DNA of 64,000 bases from Protoeuglena noctilucae (Eukaryota). Positions 39,150 through 53,321 of this stretch are shown here, piece after piece; position 1 is the stretch's first letter, and each line of letters starts with the position of its first letter. The stretch is from assembly GCA_958009085.1 (NCBI GenBank), contig OY253680.1, forward strand, positions 434,001 to 498,000, in the 5' to 3' direction. The translations under genes were made by a program, and so were the position numbers. A model generated the notes under the pieces. It was not told the DNA's origin. It saw only the letters and a program-made list of their open reading frames with translations, and ran no database searches.

Positions 39150-41188
39150 TCACCTCGCACCGCTGTATGGCTGTGAGAGGCCCTGAAGCAGCGTCCGCAA
39201 GTGGCACAGCTTGGCCTCCGCGTCCCTCAGCGCCGCCTCCCTGGCCGCCAGCTCCTGCTCCAGACCCTCCCGCGCATCTGCACCCTCACGGGACGCCGCC
39301 TCCAGCGCCCTCCGCATTTCCGCAGCAACCTTGGATTTTGCCTGAAAGCAGACACAAGCTTTGCATGTTACATCTCAGCACCGTCACGGCACAAGTGCAG
39401 TGACGGCCAATGTCTCGCCTTTAGAGCCTGCTCCAGCATCAACACCCGTGCCTGCAGGGCCGCTGTGTCGCGGTTGCACCCGCAGCAAGGCCCCTTTCGC
39501 CCGCCCTTCCGCCCGCCCAGCTCCGCCGCCAGAATGGCGACCTTGCGCTCCGCATCCAGCCTCGTGGACCGCTCCCTGCCCAACTCAGCCTGGGCCTCGG
39601 AGACCCTGCTCTCCAGGTCCTGCGTCCGTGGCGTGGTGTCCCTGAATAATCATCAAGTCCGTACCGTGCGTGTGGGCCATCTCGACAGACCGCTCTGTCA
39701 CCTTCATGCGGTGCTTGCAGCACGCGTCTTCGTCGGCACTGTGCCGGTGCGCCCGCCTCGCGCGCTTGAACCCCTCCAGCTCCGCCTCTGCCCGCGCCTG
39801 CTCGATGGTCAGGGACTCGCACCGCTCGGCCAGCATGCGGTTGCGCCGCTCCTGCTCAAGCAGACGCATCCTGCGGGCCAGACGTCGTTCGGCATTCCAC
39901 CGCATGTTCAGAGACCGCGTGCGGTGCGGCAGCCATCGCAAGGCCCCCGTCGCACCTCAGCTCGTCCACTTCCGCACTCAGCCCCCGTGCCTTGGCGCCT
40001 GATTCGGAGTCGCGACGCCGCCGCTGCGCCGTCCCTATCTCGGCCTCCCGCAGCAGCCGCTGGAGCTCCGCCACCTCCTCCCGGACCGACTCTTCCCGGC
40101 CCTCGACCTTGCGGCACCGACGCTCGGCATCCTCGGCCCTCGCCACCGCTGCGAGGGCGGTGCAGAACACGGCCGTGTCTAAGCGCCCACAAATGAAGAG
40201 CAGCCCATCGCATCGTGCCATGCCCTCGCCTCACCTGCCGTCAGCCGCCCCTCCAGGTCCTCGGCGCGGGACGTGGCTGCCTGCTCCCCCGACCTCGCAC
40301 GCTCCACCACTCCCCGGACCTCCTCGTCCACGTCCCGCGCCCTCGACCGCAAGACGTCCACTTCCACCCGCGCTGCATCCAGCGATTGTGACAGCAACTG
40401 CAACTTCTCATCCTTCTCGCGCACCATGGCCTTGTACTGCGCGCATCATCATCCGCCCATAAGACACCGCACCTTACCACCCCACGCAAACAACGCTCTC
40501 AATGCGAACTCTACCCCTTCCCACTCGTAGAGACCAGGCGAGGTGTCCAGACTCGCCTTCCTAGCTGCGGCGTGCCTCGTCTCTGCCCAATGTATCAGCC
40601 TCGTAACGGCCTCTCCCAGGTCATCCGAGTGGACCTCTGGTGCCAGTGCCACCGCCCGCCGCACTGCCTCACGCACATGGTCCAGGTACGTCCCCAGGAG
40701 CACGCTGCGGTCGCGCTCCTGGTCCTGCATGCAGGCAGGCAAGCTGTGCAATCCCAGCAGGTGGGGTCTCCAGGCAGCCATCCCCACACTGCGAGCTGCT
40801 CCGCGCCCGCACCAAGGCTTGCAGGCCCGTCCGCGACTGGGCCTCGAGCTCGGCGATGCGTTTCCGAAGCTTGTCGTTCTCCTCCTCCTTCGCCTGCATC
40901 GCGCCTTCCCAGTGGCTGCAGCGTGGGCGTGAGAGACAGGGCTTGGCGGAGATCGCAGCAATGCCTCGTGAGAGCACCGACACGCATGCTGTGGACGCTG
41001 CGGCCCCACCTCCGCGCTTCCTGGGACCGTTGCGTCAAGCGGAGGTGCTGCGCCTGGAGTTCCGCCAGCTCCAGTGTCTTGTCGTTTAATGCGCTCTGCA
41101 GTCGGAGCTCTCGGTCAAGCTCCCCTTCTGTCTGGAGACTTAGAGAGGCGCCGGAGGCCGGAGGCTCTCCCCCGGCGTAGCTGCCCAT
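39150..41188 (-). CDS. Coiled-coil protein of unknown function
   Basis: Several spliceable exons rich in E/R/A/L heptads (LRLQSALNDKTLELAELQAQHL; VREKDEKLQLLSQSLDAARVEV; LEQELAAREAALRDAEAKL). No family recognised. Confidence 0.6.
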
Positions 41189-41596
41189 GGCGGTAACAAC
41201 GCGCGTTTCGTGGCCCGGCAAGGCCACGCGGGACCAAAGGCCTTCCACCAACGAATATCTCCCGTTTCGTCAGCCTCGTTCGAGCAAGGCGTGCGTTCAG
41301 CGGGGCCCTGGAGGCGGTGACACGTGGAAAACTGGCGCCAGACCTTGGTGCCGCACCTGGGAGGGGCTTTTCGGTGACCCATTGGCCCAGATGGGCACAC
41401 AGGCTCCCATTGCATACTGCAGGCAGCGCTTTTCGTCACGCACGCCCTTGCCATTGGAAGCTGTCCACAACTCATAATAGGAGCGGCAGGGCTGCGTCAC
41501 GTCCGCTCTTTCAGCAAATAGTGGGTGGTGGCGAGTGCTCCCGAGGCGCCTTCACCATCGCTCCGGTGGAGAGCCTGTGGACGTGGGCGGGGAGAG

Positions 41597-42919
41597 ATGG
41601 CGCGGTGGAGCCCCTATGACGACAACGGGGGCACGATCGTGGCGGTCGCTGGGGAGAACTACTGCATCATCGCGGGAACGACGCGGATGTCGACGGGGTT
41701 CTCCATCTTGACCAGGTGCCCTGTTGCCCTGTCTTCGGCGGTGCGCCCAGCGCCGAGCGTGCCACATCGGCGGACGCATATGGTAACCCAACAAGCTTGT
41801 CTCATTTTGCTACTCCCACCGACTGCTCGGCCCTTGCGGAGGCCTTACGCGCGCTGGGATCTGACTCACGGGCGTGCAGCCTTGGGGGGTCAGATCTCGG
41901 GCCAGGTGCCTCTCCCCGCCTCTAGCGCATGCTTCTAGTCGACGTTTGCGTGGGCTGTGGAGCGTGGCCGGGATTATGTCGGCCCCTCGAGCGGTGTGGC
42001 TGCTCAGGAATGGTGTCAAACCGGTACTGCGCCGTCCCCGTCTCGCAGGGCGCAGAGCATGATGCAGAAGCTCAACGACAAGGTCGTCCTGGCATCGGCG
42101 GGGATGCAGGCGGACCGACTCGCCCTGCAGAAGATGATGCATGCCCGTGCTGTGATGTGAGTGCGCGCGGCCCAGGGTGGCAGTGAGTCTCGTGCAGTGC
42201 AACGCGTGCCGACCGCGACCTTCTTGCCTGTCGCCCTCTCAGGTATGAGCACGAGCACCGGAAGAAGCTCACGTGCCAGGCGGCCGCACAGATGCTCTCC
42301 AACACGCTGTACTACAAGCGGTTCTTCCCCTACTACACGTTCAACCTCCTCGCGGGCCTGGACGAGGAGGGAAGGGGCGCTGTGTACACGTATGACGCCA
42401 TCGGGTCCTACGAGGCGAGCGTGGGTGCAGCAGGGTCCCTGCAGGCAGCTCACGCGCACGTGTTGCTATCTCATTCACCCAGCTCCCGACGTGCGCAGAG
42501 GACCGGGTACAGCTGCCAGGGCTCCGGCAAGGACTTGATTCAGCCGGTGCTGGACAACCAGCTCAAAGCCGCATCGCCCCTGGTGCTCCCGCCACGCCCG
42601 TCTGTGACAGGTATGAACGGCGTGCCTCCTGTGCCTAGACTAGACGACATCATGATGCATTTTGGTCCAGCAAAGGTCCCTCGATGGCATCGGCACGGGG
42701 GTCTCTCGACCTAGCATCTCTACTTTGAGCAGGCAGCCCACTTGCGCCTGGTGCCTCCCCTTGCCTGCAGCCCTGCCCCTGGAAGACGCGCTGGACCTGG
42801 TCAAGGACGCGTTCGCAGCCGCGACGGAGCGCGACATCTACACGGGCGACGAGGTGGAGATTGCCGTGGTGACGGCAGAGGGCGTGCGCGTGGAGAGCTT
42901 GCCCTTGAGGAGGGACTAG
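41597..42919 (+). CDS. PSMB1: 20S proteasome subunit beta-6 (PBF1)
   Basis: [63 protein letters not shown] and LRRD. GC-AG intron at 42415-42498. Confidence 0.96.
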
Positions 42920-43000
42920 GGTGGGAGCAGCCCGGGATTCCACTGATGCAGAATGGGCAGTTTAAAGCCACGATGAGACCCGGACGCTCGCCGCCCTACG

Positions 43001-43955
43001 CTACAGCTCCTCGATCATGGGCCGGCGTTTCTGCCCCCTGCTGCAGCCTGCACGGCCTGCACCCTGGCCAACCCTCTCGGGCTCTGCCCTTGATCCCTCC
43101 TCCCCCTCCCCTTGCCCACCCTCCGCGCCCATCGTGCGCCCCGCGCTCCCTGCCTCCTGGCCCATGTCTGACACGTCCGACTCGCTGGAACTGGACGTGG
43201 CATCCCCGCCAAACCGTTCCACGGCCGCGTCCGGATTCCCCGCACGCAGCGCCGCCTCTGCCGCCCGCAGCGCCGCCTCGTCCCTGAGCTCCAACACCCC
43301 GCAGTGCACATCCATCTGCGCACACGGCTCGCATGGGAATCGGTGGGGAGGTCGGAGAGGCCCACAGGATGGCAGGCATGGCAACGCAACGCCCACAAGC
43401 TGCTTTGGACTCTCTGCAGGCGCTGTTGACGCACCTCCACATGTGCCTCGCCCTCCGTCACGTTCTCGACATCAAAAGCGCCCGGGTCCGCCGCAGCTGC
43501 CACCTCCATCTGCAGCTTCTCGTTGGCCTGCAGACGCCTCGATATTTGCGATCGGTATCTCGGCGCGCGAGCGAAAGCGAGGGCACGCAGGCGATGGAGG
43601 TCACACTCGCCTGCCTCATGGCAGGTAGAAACGCCTGTAGCCTGCCCAGGAGTTCTGGCGGGTTGACAGGGCCGATGCGCGGCTTCTGTCTCGGCAGCCC
43701 TATCGCCTCGCGCACCAGCACGGACCGCTCTGCGCAGGAGAAACGTTGGCAAGGAAACTTGTCTCTGCGACATCGGGCCCGGCGACCGCGGCCCGCGAGG
43801 ACGGCTGGACCCGATTCTTTGAAAGTATGTGCATCTGTGTGTCCATGGGGGACGTCGAACGAAGAGCACCGCGCGCCAGCAAGGGCAGCAGCACCTGTCC
43901 CCGTGACGGCTGGGACTTCAAGCCGCTCCCTCTTCGAAGGCGTCTCTTTGCCCAT
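43001..43955 (-). CDS. NOPCHAP1: NOP protein chaperone 1 (C12orf45 / DUF4598)
   Basis: LLGRLQAFLPAMRQ|ANEKL...FDVENV...HVE|MDVHCGVLEL, an acidic tail and C-terminal IEEL. GC-AG intron at 43528-43610. Confidence 0.8.
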
Positions 43956-44329
43956 GGCAGCCAAATGTCCGAGCACAGACGCAGTGGCACAGGCCGGCAG
44001 ACCTCCCGATATGGCTGTCCAGGGAACCGCCAGGACGAGTTGCTGGCGCCAGGACGGTGTTCGCGGTCGATGGGCTCCAGGCGCAATGGACCACTTGCAG
44101 TCATCTCACCGGCCTTCTGTATACGCCGAGCAAGGCTTGTCTTGTCCATCCCAGCGATGCAGTAGGGTCACATCGCGCCCAGCTGGCCCAGCCTCGTCGT
44201 GTTTAGTGGGTGGTCCCTGTGCTTAGGGCCTTGAGTAAGGAGCAGGCGGAGTCGCCATCTGCTTGCTGTCCGGCCCTTGCCTGCTCCGCCACGGTTTCCG
44301 GACCGGGCGCTGCAGTCTGTGACGCGCCC

Positions 44330-47300
44330 ATGGCTGGTTTGGGCCAGGATGACATTGGTGAGCTTATGGCACCCAGCTCTGGCATGGGCATCGTCGTGTC
44401 TCAGTGCCGTGGCGGCGGTACCCGCCCCTCCCCCAGCGGAATGTACGCCATGGCCCAGACCCCGCGCATTAGGCTGCGAAACCCAGGGGCGGCAGCTCCA
44501 GTGGTTGCTTTGGACTCTCACCGTTCGCCTGCAATGCAGAGAATGTCGAGGACTTCGTGGACGCGGTGGACTACGGGGACGACACGGAAACGGGCCTAGA
44601 CGCGGGCGACGGAGCGCGATCTCCCACGGTGACTTGGCAGACGCTACGCCGCGTTTGTGTTACGTCAGTAAGAAGCTCTCAGGCCTCTCTCCTCGGTCCG
44701 CGCGCCGCTTTCCTCAACCGCCACGGCCCATTGTGCCCGTGCAGGGTCTGCTGGATGCCCCGGATGCGGCGGAGTCGGGTCGCGGCCGCAGCCCTGCTCG
44801 TGGGAAAGAAACAGAGCGCGGACGGGCCAGGGATCGAGGGTCGGGGGCTTCCGGGCGCGAGGCTTTGGCTGCCCACGATCGGGGCCGGGAGCGCAGCGGG
44901 CCCCGGGAGCAGTCACGTCACCCTCCCGAGCGTGCGGCATGGGTGGACCGGCGAGAGCTGTTTCGTGCGGTGGATGGGCGGGAGAGCAGAGGAGAGGGGA
45001 GGGTCGATGAGAGGCGCGGTAGCCGTGGCGCCGAGGGGGACCGCGGACCCGAGAGGAGGGCCGCGGGGAGAGAGGCGGACGACAGAGGCCGGGGTCGGAG
45101 CGTCGACGACGCCAGGCGCGACAGCGAGCGGGACCCAGCCCGGCCGCGCTCGAGCGGACCGCCCCTGCAGCCTGGCCCTGTGCCCGCCAGGGGGCTCGAG
45201 ATGGGCCGCATGCGAGTGGTCCCCGTCGGCGTGCCCCGGGGAATGGCCCGGGCAGGGCCGTCGCCGATGCGGGGGCCAGTGCCGGGGCCAGTGCCGGAGT
45301 GGGCGCCGAGTCCACGCAACGGCCCAGTCGGCCGCGGTCCGGGGGTGTCCCCCGTGGGCATGGGACGCGGCCCCATACCCCGTGGAGTCCCCATGGGCCC
45401 GGGGCCGATGGTGCGCCCGATGGGTCCGGTCGTGCCGAGGACCCTCAGCCGGGAGAGGGGGCCGATGCCCGTCGCGCGTGGCCCGCTGCCGATGGGGCCC
45501 CGGCCGCACCCTGGGGTGGGCGTGGCGCCGGTGCTGCGGCCGCCGGAGCGCGTGCCCAGCCGCCCGCTGGTCATGGTCCCCGTTGCAGCACGCGAGGCCA
45601 TGCCCCGGGGCCCAGGCGGCCGGCCGCCCCCTGCGGCGTTCCGGCCCCGTGAAGCTGCGATGCGGGCGCCGATGCCGGACGTCATGGACAGGGACGTGGC
45701 CCGGCGGGAGGGTGGGGGCCGGGCACCTGAACCGCTGGGTGGCGGGCCAGTGCCCCGGGAGGTTCACAGGTCTGCAGGGCGGGCGGTGGCGGAGGGGGCG
45801 CGGGAGGCGGCGATCTGGGCGAGGCGGGAGCGCGACGACGAGTCGAGGAAGCACGAGAGGTCTGAGGGGAGACCGCCCGGGAGTGGTGTGCGCAGCGAAG
45901 GAGCGTGGAGTAAGGGGGGGCATGACGAGGCTACAGCTCACGTGCGCAATGACGAGGCGCAACTATCGCCGCAAGCTCCTCGAGATGCCGGGGGCCGGGC
46001 GGACGAGGGCTCGTGGTGCGCGGCTGCAGCCACACCACCCTCGGGGCGAGCCGTGGAGGAGCGTGGTGATGGGGGGCGCGCCAAAGAGAGTGAGAGGGGT
46101 GCGGAGCTCGCGAGGGGGCAGGGGCAGGAGAGGGTTCGGGAGATGGGGGAGGAAAGGCACAGGCGGAGGGAGGGGGAGGGGCGGGGTGACGTGGGTGCGG
46201 GCCAAGAGCCACGCTCAAGCCAGGGACCTGAGACTGGGCGGGGAGCGTCGGGCAAGGTGGAGCGCGAGGGCCAAGAGGACTTCAGTGGACGTGGCGACAG
46301 GTCGCGGTCCCGGTCTCGGTCGCCACGTGGCCCCCTGAGCCACCGGGAGGCACCGACGCCATCGATGGCACCCGGCCGGGCCAGGTCGCCTGCAAGCCCC
46401 GAGCGGCCGGGCATTGTGGGCTCTGAGGCTGTCCAGCTTCCACTGCCGCCACCTCCCGGCCTCGGGGCACCCTCCCGAGCTACCGTGCAGGCCGAGATGG
46501 GTCGGGACCTGCCGTTACCGCCTCCGCCGGCGGCAGCGGGGCACCCCTCCCATCGGGACGCCGTACTCGGGGAAGCGCCTGCCCATATTCACGCTGCGAC
46601 GCGGGAGGCAGGCGCGCTCCCCTTACCCCCACCACCAGGGCCGCTGCCCCACCACGACCGCAGCCCTGGCCTGGGCACGCCCCTGCCGCCCCCACCGGTC
46701 CGGGAAGAGCGCAATGACGCGCATGGACATCCGCCCTCAGCGAGTGGGCACTGGGAGAGGGAGACGAGAGCGCGCGACCGGCGAAGTGGGGACCTCCCGC
46801 TGCCCTCCCCTCCCAAGGGATCTCCGATGGGACACGTGTCGCCAGGACCGCCCCTGCCGCCCCCACCAGCACCGGTGGGGTCGTCAGCTGGGCACCTCCC
46901 GCTGCCGCCGGGGGTTGCTCGGCGTTCCGTGGATGGGCCCCAAGGCACCGTCAGCCTCAGCTCTGGGCCACCCACGATCCCGCCCCCAGTGGCGCAGGTC
47001 ACCATCGCCACACGCTCCTCTGCGGACAGCAGGGACGGGGCAGGTAGGGGTCGCCTGGGGATGGCGTCCAGCAACGGAGAGGTGAGCAGCGCTGCGGTGG
47101 GGGCAATGAGTGCAGTTCTAAGCACTGGATGATGCCGCACACACTTGACGCTGGACGCATTCGTCCCTGCCCCAGGGACCGGTGGCGCACGCCAAGGATG
47201 GCGTTACCGCTGAGCGGCCCCCCGAGCGCACACGGCGGGCTCCAGGTCCGGGCGACGGCGGAGCAACGGCAGCGGCCAGGGATGGGCGGGATCGGGGCGA

Positions 47301-48386
47301 AGGGTCCGTGCCCCTTGCTGAGGCGCGAATGCGAAACAGCGCTTCGGAAGGGGACCGTGAGCGGCCGACGAGGGTCGTGGAGGTCACGCGGGCATCGCGG
47401 CTGGGTCTGCCGATCGCGCTGCAGCGGACCTCCGCGGGAGAGCCACTAGAGCAGCCGCGTCAGGGCAGAGACGCGGAAGCGTCGCAAGGAGTAGGGCGCG
47501 GTGCGACGAGGGGCGAAGGCGGGGGGCGAGAGGCCGACCGCGCGACCCCAGCAGGCCTGCGTGGCCGCGGCGCCAGGGTCAGTGGCAGCGATTTCGATGA
47601 TTTCCGCGGGCCCATTGAGCTGAAGAAGTCGAGCGCTCCGGCCGCTTCGGGGGAGAGGGCGGGCGGAGGTCCGTCGGGGGCTGACGGTGGGGGTGACGGT
47701 GCGGCGGACAGGACTGGGAGGTCGCGCAAGGATCGGTGGGGTGGGCAGGGGCCCGCGCCCGCTCCCGCGCAAACGGAGGAGGAGAGGAGGTGAGCGGGGC
47801 AGGACGAGCCCTGCATGGGCCGGGAGGCTGTCGAGATTGGGCTGGGGCATTGAGTGCAATGTGGGCGACCCGTAGGAGCGGTTGTTTCTCCACATTGCTT
47901 GCTCGCAGGGCCGAGGCAGCAGAACGAATGCGCACGCTGATGAGGAAGGGCGCAGAGAGCGCCACGCGCGGCATGGGTGGCATGTCGGGTCTCTCCAGCG
48001 ATCAGAAGCGCGCTCTGCTGTTCAAGCGGAAGAGGGAGGGCGACCAGGCCGAAGGAGGCGGGGACGATGGCCCGGGCAACGACTGGGTGGGCGCGGAGCT
48101 GGGCGACGATGCCCAGAATGCCAAGTTCAAGCGCCTCATGTGAGTCCGTCGCTGGTGCTGCTGATGTTTGTGGCGGCGGTGCCCACCTGGAGTGTAGAGC
48201 GTCACCAAGCATAGTGACCTGTCCCATTGTTATCCCTGCAGGGGCATTCCCACGTCTGCGGAGGGCCGGGGTCGGCGCCAGGTCATGTCGTCAGCGCAGA
48301 CGGAGCGCGTGGACCGGGAGCTCGAGCGGGGTTTCATGGAGGGTGTCCGGCGGCAGGGGGGCGTGCGGAGGGGCTTGGGGGCCTAG
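44330..48386 (+). CDS. Long Arg/Pro-rich protein with C-terminal SMAP domain (RSRC2-like)
   Basis: A 2.3-kb low-complexity exon with RS, RE and LPLPPPP motifs. The C-terminus reads KRALLFKRK...NDWVGAELGDDAQNAKFKRLM|G...LERGFMEG...RGLGA. Five phase-consistent GT-AG introns. Confidence 0.7.
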
Positions 48387-48537
48387 GCGTGGCTGGCTCA
48401 GGCGCTGAGACATGGCTGTGAGTCGGGCTTCAACGGTCAACAGCAGCGAGGCGGCAAACAGAGTTGCGGGGAACAGTGGTGGTCTCTGACGCTGGCGCTG
48501 TCGATTGGATTGCGCTGTTTGGCGCCCATGTCACGCG

Positions 48538-49660
48538 TCATGGCCCATCAAGCTTCGGTGGCTGCACACGCACCAGCCGCGGCATTGGCGGCGCGGGCCA
48601 GAAGCCGGAAGACAGGGCCCCTGCAGCCGTCTCGCGCTGGGCGTGGCGGGGGGCCACGAGGCCGTTCTCGCGGAGGACCTCGCGGCGCATCTCCCGGCGG
48701 GTCTCGCGCGCGGGGTCCTGCGCTGCTGGGGCCACGCGCGCCCCCAGATGGTCCATCACGGGGCGGTCAGGCACGGCCAGCTTGGAGCTGGGGAACGTGC
48801 GCCAGGGGTCGTCGTGCAGGTCGGACCGGCGCGTCGCGGGGTCGAATGCGGCGCCCGTCACGGGATCGAATCTGCGCGGGCGGCGGGCCATGTCGTTGGG
48901 GATGCGTAGGCTTTCAGGACAGGGCTTGGCTCATGGTCATGCGGACACTGACCTGTTGTACCGGTTCCAGTAATCGAGGCGGTCTCTCCGCGCCTCCGTG
49001 AACGCCTCCATCTTCGTCTCTCGCCGTCGCTGCGAGGGACGGGCAAGAAGCGCGGTCAGGGACTGCACGTGACGGGTCGATGCGCTTCAAGGTCTGAGTG
49101 CAGCACCGACTCACGTCCTCCTCCTTCCGCGTCTTGTCTTGCTGAATGGCACTATGATGCCTCTTATGGTTCCACCCTTCCTTCCAGCGCTTCCGGTGCG
49201 GGTCCCCGGACTGCGGGGGTTGCACATGCGGGTGCATGTTCCCCCGCGGTACGTCGCCCAGGCTCGCACGGCACATCCAGCGCATTCCGCAGGCTTTGTG
49301 CGTCGCGGAGGAGGAATAATCCGCCATCCAATCGCCGCACCTCGGGAGCCATTGGCCCGACCCCTGTCAACACATTGTGGACGGTGTCATCGGCGGGCGC
49401 AAAGTGGCGCCGCTCAGTGATGGGAGGGTCGGGATCGTGCGCCCCTATCTGAAACACCATGGCCCTCTCCCTGGGCCCCAGTGGGCCACGATGGGGAGTG
49501 CCGCCTGCCCTCTTGGGTCCCTGAGCTGTCCCCCCGCGAGTGATGGCTCGATATGATGAAGAGACTGAGGTTCAGGTGAGGTGCTGACGGCTCTGGGGCT
49601 TAAACGCAGCGAGTCTGGCTGTGGCACGCCTGGCTGTGACGCCACGATGACGCCAGTCAT
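48538..49660 (-). CDS. Hypothetical protein
   Basis: A chain of spliceable open segments (RRHFAPADDTVHNVLTG; RKRWKEGWNHKRHH; RRFDPVTG...DDPWRTFP) fills the gap between neighbours. No family recognised and exon structure uncertain. Confidence 0.45.
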
Positions 49661-49770
49661 TCACTGGCGTCCTCGCTTAGGGCGCCGCTATGAAGCGTGA
49701 TGCCGACAGCGTTGCCTACATCTGCCGCTGCACGTGCCACGACGCTCGGGAGTCGTGATTTTGCTCAATC

Positions 49771-51313
49771 ATGGCAAAGCTGGGCGAGGGGGACCCGCGG
49801 TGGATTGTGCAGGAGCGCAAAGATGGGACCAACGTCAACAGCTGGCATTGGACGGAAAGGGATGTTTTGAAGTGGAGCGAGCAGAGGTGGGGAAGCAATG
49901 CTCCAGTCCATCAGCTCTCCATGAGCTCTCGATCGGCTCCTGCCCTCGTCTCCCCGCATCGGCGCGCCGCCTGGCGCATCGCGAGGTCGAGTCAGATTGC
50001 TGTATGCAAGGAGATGCACTTGCGCCGGGGTGTTGGGCTTTGTACGATGTGCCGCCAGCAAGTTCCAGAACGCGCCGCTGCACGCAGACTCAACGACCTC
50101 TTCTCCGGCCTCGAGCTCGTCAATACCAAGGACGTGCACGCGACGTGCGAGGGCGTCGACTCTCTGAGCGGGGAATGCACCATCAACACGCGCAAGGCCA
50201 AGTTGATCCCATCGTACGAGCTCTTGCTGCGCGTGAGCGTATCGGGGGACGTCTCGGGCACGCCTGTGCGCTGCACGGTGTCCTTCCCTTACATCGCGGA
50301 CGAGTGCCATGACGAGGACCCCAGCTTCACCGTGGAGGTGGCAGGCACTTCGCCCGCCGAGACTGCGATGAAGATGGAGGTCACTCAGTCTGGGAAGGGG
50401 GCCCTGTGCAAGGCCATCGCGCAGTGGGTCGCGGACATCCATCGCGGCGGGCCGTACGCGGACGGGGCCAAGGGCGGGGAGCAGGCGGAGGCCCGGGGTG
50501 ATGGGGCAAACCGGGACGCCTCGCGGCCAGCGCCGGACGTGGCACCGGCATCGGCAGCAAAGCAGGGGGGTTCGGATGCGAAAGCCGCTGCCCGTTGTGA
50601 GGGCTTGGGCACAATCTCTATCCAGGATCAGTTCCTGTGCCGCCCCGACGACGTCTTCGAGGCACTTATGGACGCGCGGAGGGTCATGGCCTACACGCAG
50701 TCGCCAGCATCGATCGAGGCGAGTGCGAGTGCAGACTGTGGGTACGGTGTACATGAGGGTGGGGCACCAAGACTTGGTCCAAGTGTTGCCCTTTTGTCAG
50801 GCCAAAGGTGGCGCCATGAAGGGGACTAGGTCGCGCTTCTGTCTTGCAGGCTCGCGTGGGCGGCCGGGTGACCGTGTTTGGGGGTTCCATCGAGGCCGAG
50901 GTGGTTGGCCTGGAGCCCGGGCGGCGCATTGAGCAGCGGTGGCGGAGGACTGAGTGGGAGGATGGGTGCTGGTCACGCCTCGTGATTCAGATGGAAGAGC
51001 CACAGCGGGGGAACACGGTCGGTGAGGGCCGGCAGCAACAGCCCAACAGCAGTAGCTCGGCAGCAATATTTCTGTGTCGGGGCGAGTTTGGTAGCAGGGC
51101 AGAGCGCGCTGGCACAGGCGGGGATAGATGCATGGCAACACGCCCGTTGTGCGGTCCCCGTTCGCAGTGCGCCTGACGCAGGAGGGTGTGCCGGAAATGG
51201 ACCGTTTCGGAAACGGGGGCGTGTTGGAGCATATCGAGCAGGGGTGGCGGGAGCGCATCTTCGGGCAGATCAAGAAGGTGTTTGGGTACGGCCACAACTT
51301 GTACGGACGATAG
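49771..51313 (+). CDS. AHA1: Activator of Hsp90 ATPase Aha1
   Basis: MAKLGEGDPRWIVQERKDGTNVNSWHWTERD, NTRKAKLI, RIEQRWR and GWRERIFGQIKKVFGYG. GC-AG intron at 50719-50849. Confidence 0.95.
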
Positions 51314-51433
51314 ACAGCCGTAGCTCAGCCTTCTTTCAATGTGCCGTGCCACGGCATGAGCACGTTCATGTCTTGAATAACACATCATCGGGCGCCTCGC
51401 CATGGTCGCAAAGCCAGGCGCACGTCAGCAACC

Positions 51434-53006
51434 TCAAACGTGAGTCAGCCCCACCGTGGCGAAGTGAGACAGACCGGATGGCGCCAGGGCCGCCTCGATC
51501 TCCCCCACCGACCTCGCCTCCACGACGCCAAACCCCTCCAAGTCTGGCCCCGGACCCGTCTTCGCCCCCTGAAACTGCGAGCCGTGACCGGAGGCAACAA
51601 GTGAGTACCCCCGCAATGCGCTGCGGCCAACGACGGGTTGTACCACCAGGTTGTACGCCCTCCTCACCAACACGTCCATCATGCGCTCCCGGCACGGCTG
51701 CCCCCGGCTGTCCACGTCCACCAGCCCCGACCGGTGGAGCACCAGGTACCGCTTGAGATCGCTCTCCGCGCCCGTCAGCAGTATCAAGACGCGGCGCCCG
51801 TGGAACAGGACCCGCCCGCCCAGCCCCAGACCCCCAAACCACTGCCGCACCGTCCCCAGGTACCTCGCCCGGTCCCGCATGTGGTCCAGGCGCAAGAGGA
51901 GCACGAATGGAGTGTCCTCCACTGGCCCTTCCTCCGTCTCCGCGACTGAGTCCGGTCGCGTCGCCGTGGACCCGGACCTGACCGTGTCCTCGGAAGCCAG
52001 GTCCGGGAGGCTCAGGTTCCGCTTGCCCACCAGAGAGGAGACGGGGGCCACCGCGCGGCCCGAAACGTCACAAGCCCCGCGTTCCGCGAGTGTCCCCATG
52101 CTGCGGCGACAGTAGGCCTCCTCCGCCGCGAGCCTCGCGCACGGCTCGCTGCGTGCCAATGGCGACCAAGGACCCCCGCGGCACCCGTGGCAGCTGTGCA
52201 GCCACTCGGCGACCCACTCCCGCGTTGCCTCGCAGACCTCGTAGAGCGCCGGCCGCCCCGTGCAGGCGGTCGCCGCGCGCGTGGCGTGGCTATTGAGCTG
52301 GGCTTCCGCGTCGGTAGGGAGGAGGGGGCACTGCACGCGAACCCGCAGCAAGTCCCTGTCCGGATAGTCACGCGGCATCTGGAACGTCACATGGACCTTC
52401 GCGGTGCCTTCCCGCGCCGTCTCGCTCGCCCTAGCCTCGAGCGTCACCGTGGCCTGCGACGCATGGGCACCAGTGGAAACATCTGGCCACGGAGGCATCG
52501 CCCGCATCCGACGACGAGGCAGACCGCGCGAGGGATTTCATCTCCGCCGGACCGCCGCTGAGGAGCTGTACATGGCCTCACCTCGAGCACATCCAGGCCG
52601 GCCGTGAGCCGCGTGGCTGCGAATGTGTGCCCGGACTCGAGAGCGTCCAATGCTTGCAGCACCCGGTCGTCCTCGTGTTCAAGCTGGAAGAGAAAAAGAA
52701 ACTCGGCATTGCGTGAGGCCTCCGTCTCGCAGGCGTGCGAATGCTCGCGGCAAGGCAGCGCTTGGCTGGAGCAGTGGCTGGTCCCGGAACAGGTGCGCCC
52801 CCAGCCACGGCGCATTGCGCATATTGTCCATGTATATATTTAAAGCAGATGAGATGCGTCTCCCGTCCGCCGGAACGCACCTGGGCGAAGGCCTCCCTGC
52901 CATAGATGCACACCACTGCAGCGAGCTCCTCGATACGCTGGTGCGAGGAGGTGCTTTCCGCGGCTTGCAGCCTCGCCACGCCATCGCTCATACGTGCCTC
53001 CATCAT
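51434..53006 (-). CDS. RWDD3: RWD-domain protein 3 (RSUME)-like
   Basis: RWD domain (EELAAVVCIYG; FQMPRDYP) plus C-terminal LRLDHMRDRARY...W...LGGRV...LILLTG...VDVDSRGQPCRERMM, typical of RWDD3. Confidence 0.82.
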
Positions 53007-53321
53007 CGTGCGTATGCCGCCCGCCCAACGGACGGCTCCGCGGGTGAAGACACGCGAGTGAGTTGACGCAAGGTGGCCGTCCCAACAGCTTGAGCACTCA
53101 ACGGGCCTAGCTAGCCCATGCGGGCCTGAGCGTCGCACAAACGGAAATATGTTTGGCCTGCTGCAGACGCCTTGGATCCTTCGTGGGCACGGAGCACACT
53201 GACGACGGGCGTCAGAGCGTGGCGACGATGGCGGATGAAAGCCCAGTGGGGTTCCCGCGGATCGTCATGACCTCGTGAGGCCTGCCGCTGTCGCGGCACG
53301 CGGCGCGTCTGGGACTCGGCC

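Noticed and set aside
41803..41822. TTTGCTACT-C-CCACC in PSMB1 intron 1, resembling the U24 LSU guide
   Set aside because: No convincing C box, D box or terminal stem, so probably a chance match.
43001..43955. NOPCHAP1, a C/D snoRNP assembly factor, 6 kb from the snoRNA cluster as a functional cluster
   Set aside because: Three unrelated genes lie between them, and such proximity is expected by chance in a compact genome.
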